Positions 1 through 7,916 of a stretch of 32,000 nucleotides of DNA are shown here, piece after piece. The position numbers and the translations under genes are program-made. Under the pieces are notes generated by a model that was not told the DNA's origin, ran no database searches, and was given only the letters and a program-made list of their open reading frames with translations. Origin of the DNA: Pseudodesulfovibrio piezophilus C1TLV30 (lineage in GTDB: Bacteria > Desulfobacterota > Desulfovibrionia > Desulfovibrionales > Desulfovibrionaceae); NCBI RefSeq assembly GCF_000341895.1, contig NC_020409.1, positions 270,001 to 302,000 of the forward strand, written 5' to 3'. How positions within the stretch are numbered: the stretch's first letter is position 1; each line of letters starts with the position of its first letter.

Positions 1-2
1 AT

Positions 3-242
3 CCAAAGACCATTGGACCAGCAATGGCTGTGGCTTTGCTCACGACTTTTTATGGGAGCGCTATGTCGACATTGTTTTTCATCCCCATCGCCGCAAAGCT
101 CAAGGCAAGAACGCTTCAGGAACAATTGCATCTTGAGGTTATTTTTGAGGGAGCGAAATCAATTCTTGAAAACAATAATCCCCGTCTGGTATATGAAAAA
201 CTGTCATCCTTTTTGGCGCCGAATGAACGAGAGGCCAGATAA
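3..242 (+). CDS. motA: Flagellar stator protein MotA, C-terminal fragment (5' end outside the window)
   Basis: The frame is open from the window edge. PKTIGPAMAVALLTTFYGSAMSTLFFIPIAAKLK matches the conserved last TM helix and C-terminal part of MotA/TolQ/ExbB-type channels. Stop TAA 240-242 directly abuts the motB ATG. Confidence 0.85.
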   Translation, partial: PKTIGPAMAVALLTTFYGSAMSTLFFIPIAAKLKARTLQEQLHLEVIFEGAKSILENNNPRLVYEKLSSFLAPNEREAR

Positions 243-986
243 ATGAGTGATCGGTACGATGATGCTTTTGATCCTCCAGTAGAGGAAGAGGAAGAAAGTT
301 CTGAATGGCTCACGACTTTTGCGGATCTTTCAATGCTGCTTCTTGTCTTTTTTGTCCTTCTTTATTCCATGTCCACGTTGGATACTGAAAAATTTTCTCG
401 AACGTTTTCTTCTGTGACACAAGCTCTTCAGGGCAAGCTGGATAAGATTTCCACCAGCAAAATATCTCAGGAAGAAGCCGGGGTACTGATTGACCAAGCC
501 CTCATGCGGCGGCAAATAATTGAATCACAGCGTAAAGTTTTTGCCGAGGTAAAAACGCTTCAGACAAAAAAAGGTGTTGAAGGCGTTGTTTCTGCCAATT
601 TTGAGGATGGTGTAATCACGCTACGAGTTCCGGGGGATATTATGTTTCGTTCGGGACAGATTGATCTCTCGCCAAAGGGGGCATTGGTGGTGAGAGAACT
701 CAAAAATTTCTTCATTCAACACAAGGATCAGACCATCAAAATTATCGGGTATACCGACAACAGTCGTCCATCATCAAGGTCTCGTTTCAAAGATAATTGG
801 GAAATCTCAGCGCTGAGAGCTGTCAGTGTTTTGCGCGAATTACTCAAAATGGGCATCGAATCTACCCGGTTGACTGCCACAGGACTGGCCTATCTCAATC
901 CTATCTATCCGAATACGACAGACGATTATCGAGCAAAAAACAGACGAGTTGAGTTCGTGCTTGAAAAACGTGTCATGGGCCAGTAA
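243..986 (+). CDS. motB: Flagellar stator protein MotB (OmpA-like peptidoglycan-binding C-terminal domain)
   Basis: Single N-terminal TM helix with the conserved channel Asp (TFADLSMLLLVFFVLL). C-terminal OmpA/MotB domain motifs are present (IIGYTDN, NWEISALRAVSVLREL, RAKNRRVEFVL). The gene is abutted to motA. Confidence 0.9.
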   Translation: MSDRYDDAFDPPVEEEEESSEWLTTFADLSMLLLVFFVLLYSMSTLDTEKFSRTFSSVTQALQGKLDKISTSKISQEEAGVLIDQALMRRQIIESQRKVFAEVKTLQTKKGVEGVVSANFEDGVITLRVPGDIMFRSGQIDLSPKGALVVRELKNFFIQHKDQTIKIIGYTDNSRPSSRSRFKDNWEISALRAVSVLRELLKMGIESTRLTATGLAYLNPIYPNTTDDYRAKNRRVEFVLEKRVMGQ

Positions 987-1031
987 GGTTCCTATGCGGG
1001 TGTAAGATTATTATCATTATTGAGGGTAGTT

Positions 1032-1415
1032 ATGGGATTCGATATCGAAATGTCCACAGGTGGTGACGACCATCTTAGAAAAGCTTTCAGAACACGGGTT
1101 CCTGGGCTGAGCGTACAATTCCCCGCCTTGGACAAAAGTTTTGAGGTCAAAGACCTGAGCGCGACAGGTTTTGCCGTGCTGGATTTGGATAAGGGATTCA
1201 AAGAAGGACAATTTACGGATTGTGAGTTGTTGATCAATGACAAGTTGTTTCTTAAGAGACTCAATGCTGAAGTGATGCGTGTCCTTGACAACGGGATTGT
1301 TGGGATCAATTTTGTTGATTTGAGCCGGCAGCAACAGTCAAGGCTCGACAAGCTTGTTTTGGAAGTCCAAAAGAGGCTTATAGAGTTGCGTAAAAAGCAA
1401 CGCGAACAAGAATAG
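1032..1415 (+). CDS. Single-domain PilZ protein (putative c-di-GMP receptor)
   Basis: RxxxR motif (RKAFR) is followed about 30 aa later by D-x-S-x-x-G (DLSATG), the two PilZ c-di-GMP binding signatures. I prefer ATG 1032, which has GAGGG 5 nt upstream, over the ORF-track TTG at 1020. Confidence 0.7.
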   Translation: MGFDIEMSTGGDDHLRKAFRTRVPGLSVQFPALDKSFEVKDLSATGFAVLDLDKGFKEGQFTDCELLINDKLFLKRLNAEVMRVLDNGIVGINFVDLSRQQQSRLDKLVLEVQKRLIELRKKQREQE

Positions 1416-1427
1416 CCAGGACATCCA

Positions 1428-2846
1428 ATGACAATTGACCAACATAAGGTCCTTATAGCCAACAGGGGTGAGATTGCCATGCGCGTTATGCGTGCATGTA
1501 CACAGCTCAACCTGGATTTTGTTTGTGTATATACGCAGGAAGACCGGGATTCCGCACATGTCCATTTGGCACGGGAACTGGCTGGAGAGGGGGGCGTCTA
1601 CAAAATAATTTCCTATCTGGATGCCAATGAACTCTTTGCTGTGGCAGATGATGCCGGGGCTACAGCTCTGCATCCCGGCTATGGTTTTTTTGCTGAAGAT
1701 TTTCGTTTTGCTCGGCGAGTTGTGCGGCGAGACAGGCCGATGGAATTTATTGGTCCTTCCTGGTGGGTTATTCGAGATTTGGGTGACAAGATCAACACCA
1801 AACGCATCGCCAGAAGTCTTGATGTCCCAACGGTACCAGGTTCTGACAGGCCCGTTTATAGTGAGGTTGAAGCTGAGGAAATAGCGGCCAGCCTTTTTGA
1901 GTTTCAGGCCACACAGGGAGTTATTGATGGCGTCATCATGGTCAAGGCGTCGGCTGGTGGCGGGGGAATGGGGATTGAAGAGGTCGGGAGCTTTGAAGAG
2001 TTCCGCTCTGTTTTTCGCCGTATACGTAATTATGCCAAGCGAAATTTTGGTGATGAAGGCGTCCTGATTGAGCAGCGAATTTTTGACTTCAATCATCTTG
2101 AAGTCCAGATTGTTTGTGAGCGAGGTACCGGCCGGCAGATTCATTTTGGTACACGCAACTGTTCGATTCAGAGTAGTGGAAAGCAGAAAAGACTGGAAGT
2201 AGCTCCGGGGTTTGCACCAGGCGTGATACCATATACGTTTGATGCGGCCGCAGTCCTTGCTGATATCACGAAGTATTCTTTATCCATGGCCCATGAAGCC
2301 GGGTATGATAACGTCGGAACATGGGAGTGGATTGTTACCCCTAAAGGGGAGCCATTCCTCATGGAGGTTAATACTCGTATTCAAGTTGAGAATGGGGTTT
2401 CATCGATCATATCACGGGTGCAAGGAAAGACTGTTAATATTATAACTGAACAATTGCGTCTGGCTCTTGGAGAGCCTCTCCGATATACGCAGGATGATAT
2501 TACTTTCGAAGGCATTGGAATTGAATATCGCATAGTGTCCGAAAATACGGAGCATAGATTCACGCCGTGTGCCGGAAGAATTACCCGACTTGGTTGGCAG
2601 GACCATGATTGGTTAGAGGTTCACACTCATGTTCCTAAGGGGGAAGAGTACGAAATTCCAATGGAGTACGATCCGAATCTCGCCCTGGCAATTGTTTGGG
2701 GTAAAGATTTGGATGACGCCAAGGCGCGTGGCCTTCAGTTTCTTGAAGAACTTGTGCTGGAAGGGACCGCTGGCGGCAGAGAAGAAAATTTCCACACCAA
2801 CATAGCCTTTCTTAAAAAAAAGACGAACAGGATTCTGGAGTTCTAA
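1428..2846 (+). CDS. accC: Biotin carboxylase (ATP-grasp), AccC-like
   Basis: N-terminus KVLIANRGEIAMRVMRAC, glycine-rich loop ASAGGGGMGIEEV, RNCSIQSSGKQKRLEVAP and MEVNTRIQVE all align by eye to E. coli AccC catalytic regions. AGGA lies 8 nt upstream of the ATG. Confidence 0.9.
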   Translation: MTIDQHKVLIANRGEIAMRVMRACTQLNLDFVCVYTQEDRDSAHVHLARELAGEGGVYKIISYLDANELFAVADDAGATALHPGYGFFAEDFRFARRVVRRDRPMEFIGPSWWVIRDLGDKINTKRIARSLDVPTVPGSDRPVYSEVEAEEIAASLFEFQATQGVIDGVIMVKASAGGGGMGIEEVGSFEEFRSVFRRIRNYAKRNFGDEGVLIEQRIFDFNHLEVQIVCERGTGRQIHFGTRNCSIQSSGKQKRLEVAPGFAPGVIPYTFDAAAVLADITKYSLSMAHEAGYDNVGTWEWIVTPKGEPFLMEVNTRIQVENGVSSIISRVQGKTVNIITEQLRLALGEPLRYTQDDITFEGIGIEYRIVSENTEHRFTPCAGRITRLGWQDHDWLEVHTHVPKGEEYEIPMEYDPNLALAIVWGKDLDDAKARGLQFLEELVLEGTAGGREENFHTNIAFLKKKTNRILEF

Positions 2847-5114
2847 ATGGATATTGATAGAAGAATCCAGGGGCTGAAAGATCGGCTGGCGTATATACGT
2901 GATATTTTTGGTTCAAAGGAAGACGACAATATCCGGTTGCTCTCTGCCAAATTGAATGATCTCCTCGATCGAGAACTAGGTCTTCCTGGGAGTGTGCTTG
3001 CAGAGGAAATGACTCGGCTTGAGGACCTATTTGATTTTTGTGAGCGCAAACTTGATACCCAACTAACTCCCATGGATCGGGTTCGTATTGTTCGTCATCC
3101 ACAACGGATCTGCCTGAAAGATATTCTTGAGAATGTCTACGATAACTATACCGAAATAGGTGGTCGTGGTGAGTTTAATATCGATCCTTCAATGCTGATA
3201 GCTCGTGCTCTTTTTGTGAGGCGAGTTGGTGACAAGGCTATCAAGCAGATGGTCATGGTTATCGGCCAGGAAAAAGGCCACGGAGAATCCTTTCGCAATG
3301 GTGGTTCGGTCAAGCCTTCGGGAAATGCAAAAGCCCTCCATTATATGAAGGTTGCTGAGACCGAAAATATCCCAGTCCATTCATTTGTTTTTACTCCTGG
3401 TGCTTATCCGGTGGAAGATTGGCCTGGTGCAGCCCAGCAGATTGCACGAAATCTCTATGAGATGGCAGGGTTGAGAGCCCCGGTGATTTCCGTTTTTTCT
3501 GAAGGAGGGTCCGGGGGGGCTGAGGCTATCGGTCTGGGAGATAGACGAATCATGTTGTCGCATGGATATTATTCAGTGATCTCCCCCGAGGGGGCAGCAG
3601 CGATTGAAGGCGGTCTACGTAGAGGAAAACGGGCTACTCCCGAGTTGATTGCAAAGTGCGCCAGACAGCTTTGTATTACGGCCGAAGATAATCTCCACAA
3701 CGGGTATATTGATCGAATCCTGCAAGAGCCTCCTCTGGGAGCGCGTCCGAATCACTATGAATTTTTTAGAGAATTAAGACGGGAGTTGATACAAGCCACC
3801 AATGAGGCCGTGAGTGAAGTCAAATCCATGAAACTCTATCGAGCTATGGCGGTTCGCGCCAGCAAGACAGATGACGCGGAATCCATTTACATGCGCTGGA
3901 ATCTTTCGAAATCGGCCTTGACTCGGTTGGTTGAGTTGCGACAATGCAAGTATCGAGCCATGAGTCGACACGCGAGACTCGATGGCACCGGACTTTTGAA
4001 AAGGGCTGTTACAGCAACAAGAGGAACAGTCGAGGCTGCTCACTCATTTGTTCGACATGATTTACTTGGCAAGCAAAAAAAAAGATTGGATGCGATGGTG
4101 GAGGATTTGGGGGCAGAAGCCCATCTTGTTCGTCATAACTTGCTCATTCCATTGAAGAAGACGCTCGATAAGGTTCTTCCAGGCAATCATGAACAGGAAG
4201 GACGAAAAGGGGACGAAGTCAGAGATATGCTGACAAGACTTTCCTGTCCTGAAGATGGAGCCTGTTTGGTGGGCAGTTCGTGGGCATGGACAAGTCCAAG
4301 AAGTCAGGAAGACAGGACTCTTTCCTGCCCGAATTTTAGGACACATCATTGCCCCGATCTGTGGGGGCCTGATCTCTATGGAGATTTTGCTGGCGTTTGT
4401 CCCAGTTGTGGACATCATTTTCCTATGGAATACCGTTGGTATCTCAAAAATGTGTTCGAGTATACTCATGGGAAGGAGTTCAATCGGGAACTTGAATCAG
4501 TGAATCCTTTGGGCTATGAGCAATTTGACTCAAAGCTGGATAAGGCCAAGGCAAAGACAGGACTCAAATCAGCGTGTATTACGTTTGAAACGACCATAGA
4601 AGACGTACAAACTGTTGTGGCTGTCTTATGTGCTCCATTTCGTGGTGGGAGCGTTGGTGCGGCGGAAGGTGAAAAATTTATTCGGGCGGCGGAACGTGCT
4701 GGTCGAAAACGGCAACCCTTCATTGCCTATGTTCATGGAACAGCTGGGATTCGCATTCAGGAAGGCGTTAATGGCGTTATCCAGATGCCTCGTTGCACTA
4801 TTGCAGTTCGTCGCTATATTGATGCCGGAGGTCTTTATCTCGTCCTCTATGATACCAATTCCTATGCCGGACCGGTCGCAAGTTTTCTCGGCTGTTCTCC
4901 ATATCAATTTGCAGTACAGTCCTCGAACATAGGCTTTGCTGGTCCTGGTGTGATAGCTGAGACGACAGGGATGGTTGTTCCGCCTGATTATCACCGTGCA
5001 TATCATGCGTTGTCACGCGGGCATATTCATGGGATATGGGATCGTCGGGAAGTCAGGAAGAACCTCCACCAGTCGCTCTTGACCATGGGGGGACGCAACT
5101 TATATTATCGGTAG
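2847..5114 (+). CDS. Fused acyl-CoA carboxylase carboxyltransferase: AccA-like N-terminal half, about 170-aa insert, AccD-like C-terminal half
   Basis: AccA motifs: RHPQR, FVFTPGAYP, SEGGSGGAEAIG, YSVISPEGAAAI. AccD motifs: zinc ribbon ending CPSCGHHFPM, FRGGSVGAAEGEKF, IGFAGPGVI. The ATG abuts the accC stop. Confidence 0.88.
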   Translation: MDIDRRIQGLKDRLAYIRDIFGSKEDDNIRLLSAKLNDLLDRELGLPGSVLAEEMTRLEDLFDFCERKLDTQLTPMDRVRIVRHPQRICLKDILENVYDNYTEIGGRGEFNIDPSMLIARALFVRRVGDKAIKQMVMVIGQEKGHGESFRNGGSVKPSGNAKALHYMKVAETENIPVHSFVFTPGAYPVEDWPGAAQQIARNLYEMAGLRAPVISVFSEGGSGGAEAIGLGDRRIMLSHGYYSVISPEGAAAIEGGLRRGKRATPELIAKCARQLCITAEDNLHNGYIDRILQEPPLGARPNHYEFFRELRRELIQATNEAVSEVKSMKLYRAMAVRASKTDDAESIYMRWNLSKSALTRLVELRQCKYRAMSRHARLDGTGLLKRAVTATRGTVEAAHSFVRHDLLGKQKKRLDAMVEDLGAEAHLVRHNLLIPLKKTLDKVLPGNHEQEGRKGDEVRDMLTRLSCPEDGACLVGSSWAWTSPRSQEDRTLSCPNFRTHHCPDLWGPDLYGDFAGVCPSCGHHFPMEYRWYLKNVFEYTHGKEFNRELESVNPLGYEQFDSKLDKAKAKTGLKSACITFETTIEDVQTVVAVLCAPFRGGSVGAAEGEKFIRAAERAGRKRQPFIAYVHGTAGIRIQEGVNGVIQMPRCTIAVRRYIDAGGLYLVLYDTNSYAGPVASFLGCSPYQFAVQSSNIGFAGPGVIAETTGMVVPPDYHRAYHALSRGHIHGIWDRREVRKNLHQSLLTMGGRNLYYR

Positions 5115-5158
5115 CTTGCCTCGGCGGCTTTACAATTATTCTATGCAAGGAAATAAGA

Positions 5159-5809
5159 GTGCTTAATATTAAAGAATTACTTGATAAAGTTAAAGCTTCT
5201 CCATATCGGGAGATAGTCATTCCAGCTCCACATACCGGTGTTGTCGAATTCGCTGATTTAAAGAAAGGAGACACGGTTCGTGGGAGAAGTGGTGATTTCA
5301 ATGAGAAACCCGGAACGCTCTTGGCTCATCTGACACGGGAAAAGAATAAAAAGATAATCCAGGCACCTGAAAAGGGCGAAATAGAATCAGTCAGAACCGA
5401 ACTTGAGGGGCAGTTCGTAGAAGCAGGTGAACCGCTTGTTACTCTTAAACATTATCTTACTCGCAAAGAAGTTATTGAACTGATCTTGCAGGAAGCTCTC
5501 TATCTTTTCCGTGCACCGGAGCGTGCAAAGTATTACTTTGTTCCTGAGGTTGACCAGAAGCTCAAAGTCTCTGGAAAACGTTCGGTAAAGGTTGTTGAAG
5601 GTATGGAACTGATGATTGTTTCCCGGATGAAAAGAGAAACTCCATTGGTGTATTCTGGTCCGGAGGGGATTATTTATTCAGTCTATTTTGGGCGTGGTGA
5701 CAATGTTGATGAGGGGGAGCCTCTTATTGGCATCTGTCCGGAAGATCAGTTGACGGTTATTCAGGATGTTGTTGCTCGTATTCAGAGCGAATGGGAAGAA
5801 ATGGCTTAG
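5159..5809 (+). CDS. Biotin-carboxyl-carrier-like protein with two biotinyl/lipoyl-type domains (non-canonical motifs)
   Basis: I chose GTG 5159, with AAGGAA 5 nt upstream; the ORF-track start at 5036 would overlap the CT gene by 79 nt. Two segments align by eye to the BCCP hairpin: LLAHLTREKNKKIIQAPEKGEI...GEPLVTLK and LMIVSRMKRETPLVYSGPEGII...GEPLIGI. Confidence 0.65.
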   Translation: MLNIKELLDKVKASPYREIVIPAPHTGVVEFADLKKGDTVRGRSGDFNEKPGTLLAHLTREKNKKIIQAPEKGEIESVRTELEGQFVEAGEPLVTLKHYLTRKEVIELILQEALYLFRAPERAKYYFVPEVDQKLKVSGKRSVKVVEGMELMIVSRMKRETPLVYSGPEGIIYSVYFGRGDNVDEGEPLIGICPEDQLTVIQDVVARIQSEWEEMA

Positions 5810-5818
5810 GAGGCGAAG

Positions 5819-6163
5819 ATGGGCAAGTTGCTTCAGGTTCGGGTTTCTGCATGGACATTCAGTGAAGATGAAGTGCGCAATACATGGCCAGCCTTGTGGA
5901 AACTTGTGTGGGAAGAGGGTGGTGATGCCGTCCCCAAGAAGGGAGTTCTTGACTTGGCACAAGCTCTCTATGATGCTGTGCGGGCCGGGCTTCTTCCATC
6001 TGAGCAAGCAACCTCATTACGCGATAAAGCAGATGAAGCTGAAGATATACGCCTCAAAATAGAAAAGGCCTTAGCTGCGAGAGACCCCAAGCTAGCAGAT
6101 GGATTGACATATGATCTGGAAGATTGTTTGGGTGAGTTGGATTATATCGCGGCAAAATTTTGA
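5819..6163 (+). CDS. Hypothetical 114-aa protein, coupled to the carboxylase genes
   Basis: A strong GGAGG overlaps the upstream stop (taGGAGGcgaagATG). The composition is acidic and helical. I recognise no family. Confidence 0.6.
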   Translation: MGKLLQVRVSAWTFSEDEVRNTWPALWKLVWEEGGDAVPKKGVLDLAQALYDAVRAGLLPSEQATSLRDKADEAEDIRLKIEKALAARDPKLADGLTYDLEDCLGELDYIAAKF

Positions 6164-6207
6164 TAATGATTTTAGCGGAAAGAATGAAAGCAACGTAAGG
6201 AGTTGAT

Positions 6208-6777
6208 ATGGCTGGTAGCATGAATAAAGTGATCCTCATTGGCAGACTTGGGCGTGACCCTGAACTGTCCTACACCCCGAATGGACAGGCTCGGGCCAAA
6301 TTCTCAGTCGCTACCGATGAAGGATACCGCGACAGGCAGACCGGTCAGAAAGTTGAACGTACCGAATGGCACAACGTCGTTGCCTGGCGTCAAACCGCAG
6401 AATTTTGTGGTAATTATTTGACTAAAGGGCGTTTGATCATGGTTGAAGGCAAGTTGCAAACCCGTAAATGGCAAGATCAAAATACAGGTCAGGATCGGTA
6501 TATGACAGAGATTGTTGCCGATAACGTTCAGGGGCTTGATCGTGCTCCTGATGGGCAACAGGCTGCTCAGGGTGGGCATCAAGGTGGTTACCAACAACAG
6601 AATAATTATCAGCAGCAAGGCCAGCAGGCTCCCCAAGCCCAACAACAAAGCTACCAGCAGCAGAATACCCAGTATCAGCAGCAGAATCCAAATCAGGGGC
6701 AGCCTCAGCAGGCTGAAGAAGATCTTGGTCCGGCCTTTCCGTCAGAAGCAAGTGGTATGGATGATGTCCCGTTCTAG
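6208..6777 (+). CDS. ssb: Single-stranded DNA-binding protein
   Basis: OB-fold N-terminus [31 protein letters not shown]...[11 protein letters not shown] Gln/Gly-rich linker is followed by the acidic tip MDDVPF. AAGGAG RBS. Confidence 0.95.
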   Translation: MAGSMNKVILIGRLGRDPELSYTPNGQARAKFSVATDEGYRDRQTGQKVERTEWHNVVAWRQTAEFCGNYLTKGRLIMVEGKLQTRKWQDQNTGQDRYMTEIVADNVQGLDRAPDGQQAAQGGHQGGYQQQNNYQQQGQQAPQAQQQSYQQQNTQYQQQNPNQGQPQQAEEDLGPAFPSEASGMDDVPF

Positions 6778-6830
6778 AAGAGAAGATTTTCATGATATTG
6801 CATGATTGAACTCGAGTGATAAAGAGATCT

Positions 6831-6874
6831 ACACAAAAAGAAGAGAGTGGCACGCCACTCTCTTCTTTTTGTGT
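6831..6874. terminator. Bidirectional intrinsic terminator between ssb (+) and the binding-protein gene (-)
   Basis: Near-perfect palindrome ACACAAAAAGAAGAGAGTGGC-ac-GCCACTCTCTTCTTTTTGTGT. The A-run and T-run flanks give a U-tract on either strand. Confidence 0.85.
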
Positions 6875-6878
6875 AAAG

Positions 6879-7835
6879 TTAGATTTTTGATTCCAAATAC
6901 GCTCTCAGTGCCGGAATAGCTAGACTGCCGTCTGAGGTAGTGACTCCAGTAAGCCATTTTTCATACGTGGCGGGGTGTTCTTTAAGCCATTTGAGTCCGG
7001 CTTGATGAAGACCAAGACCTTTTGAAACATGAACGGAAGTCATTATTTGGTTCATCATGGTGACAGGGAAGAGCATATTCTTGAAAAGACGTGCAACATT
7101 TGGATTCTCTTCCTTAAATCCCTTCCGAAGATTTGTCCAAACCGTTGCAGTGCCGTCGTTTTCGCCAAATGTTTGCGCTGTACTTCCTGTAAGATAAGTC
7201 ATGTCGATGCGCTCGTTCATGCTATGAGGAGCCCAACCGAGAAAGACGATTGCCTTATGATTTTGAGCGTATGCTTGAACTTGGGCGAGCATAGCAACTT
7301 CACTGGATGCGACTAACTCAAACTTACCAAGGCCAAACATATTGTTATCAATCATCTTCTGGATGATCATGTTTCCATCATTGCCTGGTTCGATTCCATA
7401 TATCTTCCAGTCCAGTTGGTCTCCAAATTTGACGATATCCGTAAAATCCTTGAGGCCTTCTTCAGCGCAGAAGGTTGGGGTTGCTAAGGTATATTTTGCA
7501 TTGGGCATATTGGCGACGTATTTGATGACCTTGCCGCCAGCGAAGAACTTATTAGCTATGTTGGCCATTGAGGGCATCCAGTTGCCGAAGAAGACGTCTG
7601 CATCGCCTGTAGAAAGAGCCGAGTAAGCTATGGGAACTGAAAAGACTTTATTTTCAGCTTTATACCCCAGTCCTTCAAGAACTGAAACAGCCAACTCGGA
7701 TTTGATAGTGACACCTGTCCATGAGACACTGGCAATTGTGATTTTGTCAGCAGCAAATGCGGTAAAAGAAGAGCACAAAAGGGTCAGTAATATGAAAAAG
7801 ACGAGTATGTATCGCCTCAGGCCAGAAGACATCAA
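6879..7835 (-). CDS. Periplasmic glycine betaine/choline-binding protein (OpuAC/ProX family) with signal peptide
   Basis: N-terminal signal peptide (LVFFILLTLLCSSFTAFA/AD). OpuAC-type segments SVSWTGVTIKSE, DVFFGNWMPS, YGIEPGNDGN and FLGWAPHSMN are present. GGAGG RBS. Confidence 0.8.
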   Translation of the reverse strand: MMSSGLRRYILVFFILLTLLCSSFTAFAADKITIASVSWTGVTIKSELAVSVLEGLGYKAENKVFSVPIAYSALSTGDADVFFGNWMPSMANIANKFFAGGKVIKYVANMPNAKYTLATPTFCAEEGLKDFTDIVKFGDQLDWKIYGIEPGNDGNMIIQKMIDNNMFGLGKFELVASSEVAMLAQVQAYAQNHKAIVFLGWAPHSMNERIDMTYLTGSTAQTFGENDGTATVWTNLRKGFKEENPNVARLFKNMLFPVTMMNQIMTSVHVSKGLGLHQAGLKWLKEHPATYEKWLTGVTTSDGSLAIPALRAYLESKI

Positions 7836-7860
7836 ACCTCCTCAGTTAAGATTATAGGTT

Positions 7861-7881
7861 GGAGGAAGCGGATATTCCTCC
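7861..7881 (-). other. Intercistronic stem-loop between betB and the binding-protein gene
   Basis: GGAGGAA-gcggata-TTCCTCC forms a 7-bp stem. No U-tract follows on the minus strand, so it is more likely an mRNA processing or stability element than a terminator. Confidence 0.3.
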
Positions 7882-7916
7882 AGCCTCACGCACGGGAGGT
7901 GCGTTGTGTTCACACT

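Noticed and set aside
992-2144. Two long minus-strand ORFs (992-1510, 172 aa; 1338-2144, 268 aa) antisense to the PilZ and accC genes
   Set aside because: They lie opposite strongly motif-supported genes. They have Ser/Leu/Cys/Arg-rich composition typical of antisense frames, no RBS and no recognisable motifs.
5036-5158. ORF-track upstream start for the BCCP-like gene, overlapping the end of the CT gene
   Set aside because: It has no RBS, overlaps by 79 nt and is not protein-like. GTG 5159 with an AAGGAA RBS fits better. The start remains a prediction.
6560-6720. CAG/CAA-rich repetitive DNA in ssb (QQQN/YQQQ repeats)
   Set aside because: This is the normal low-complexity Gln/Gly linker of bacterial SSB between the OB fold and the acidic tip. 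It is not a separate repeat element.
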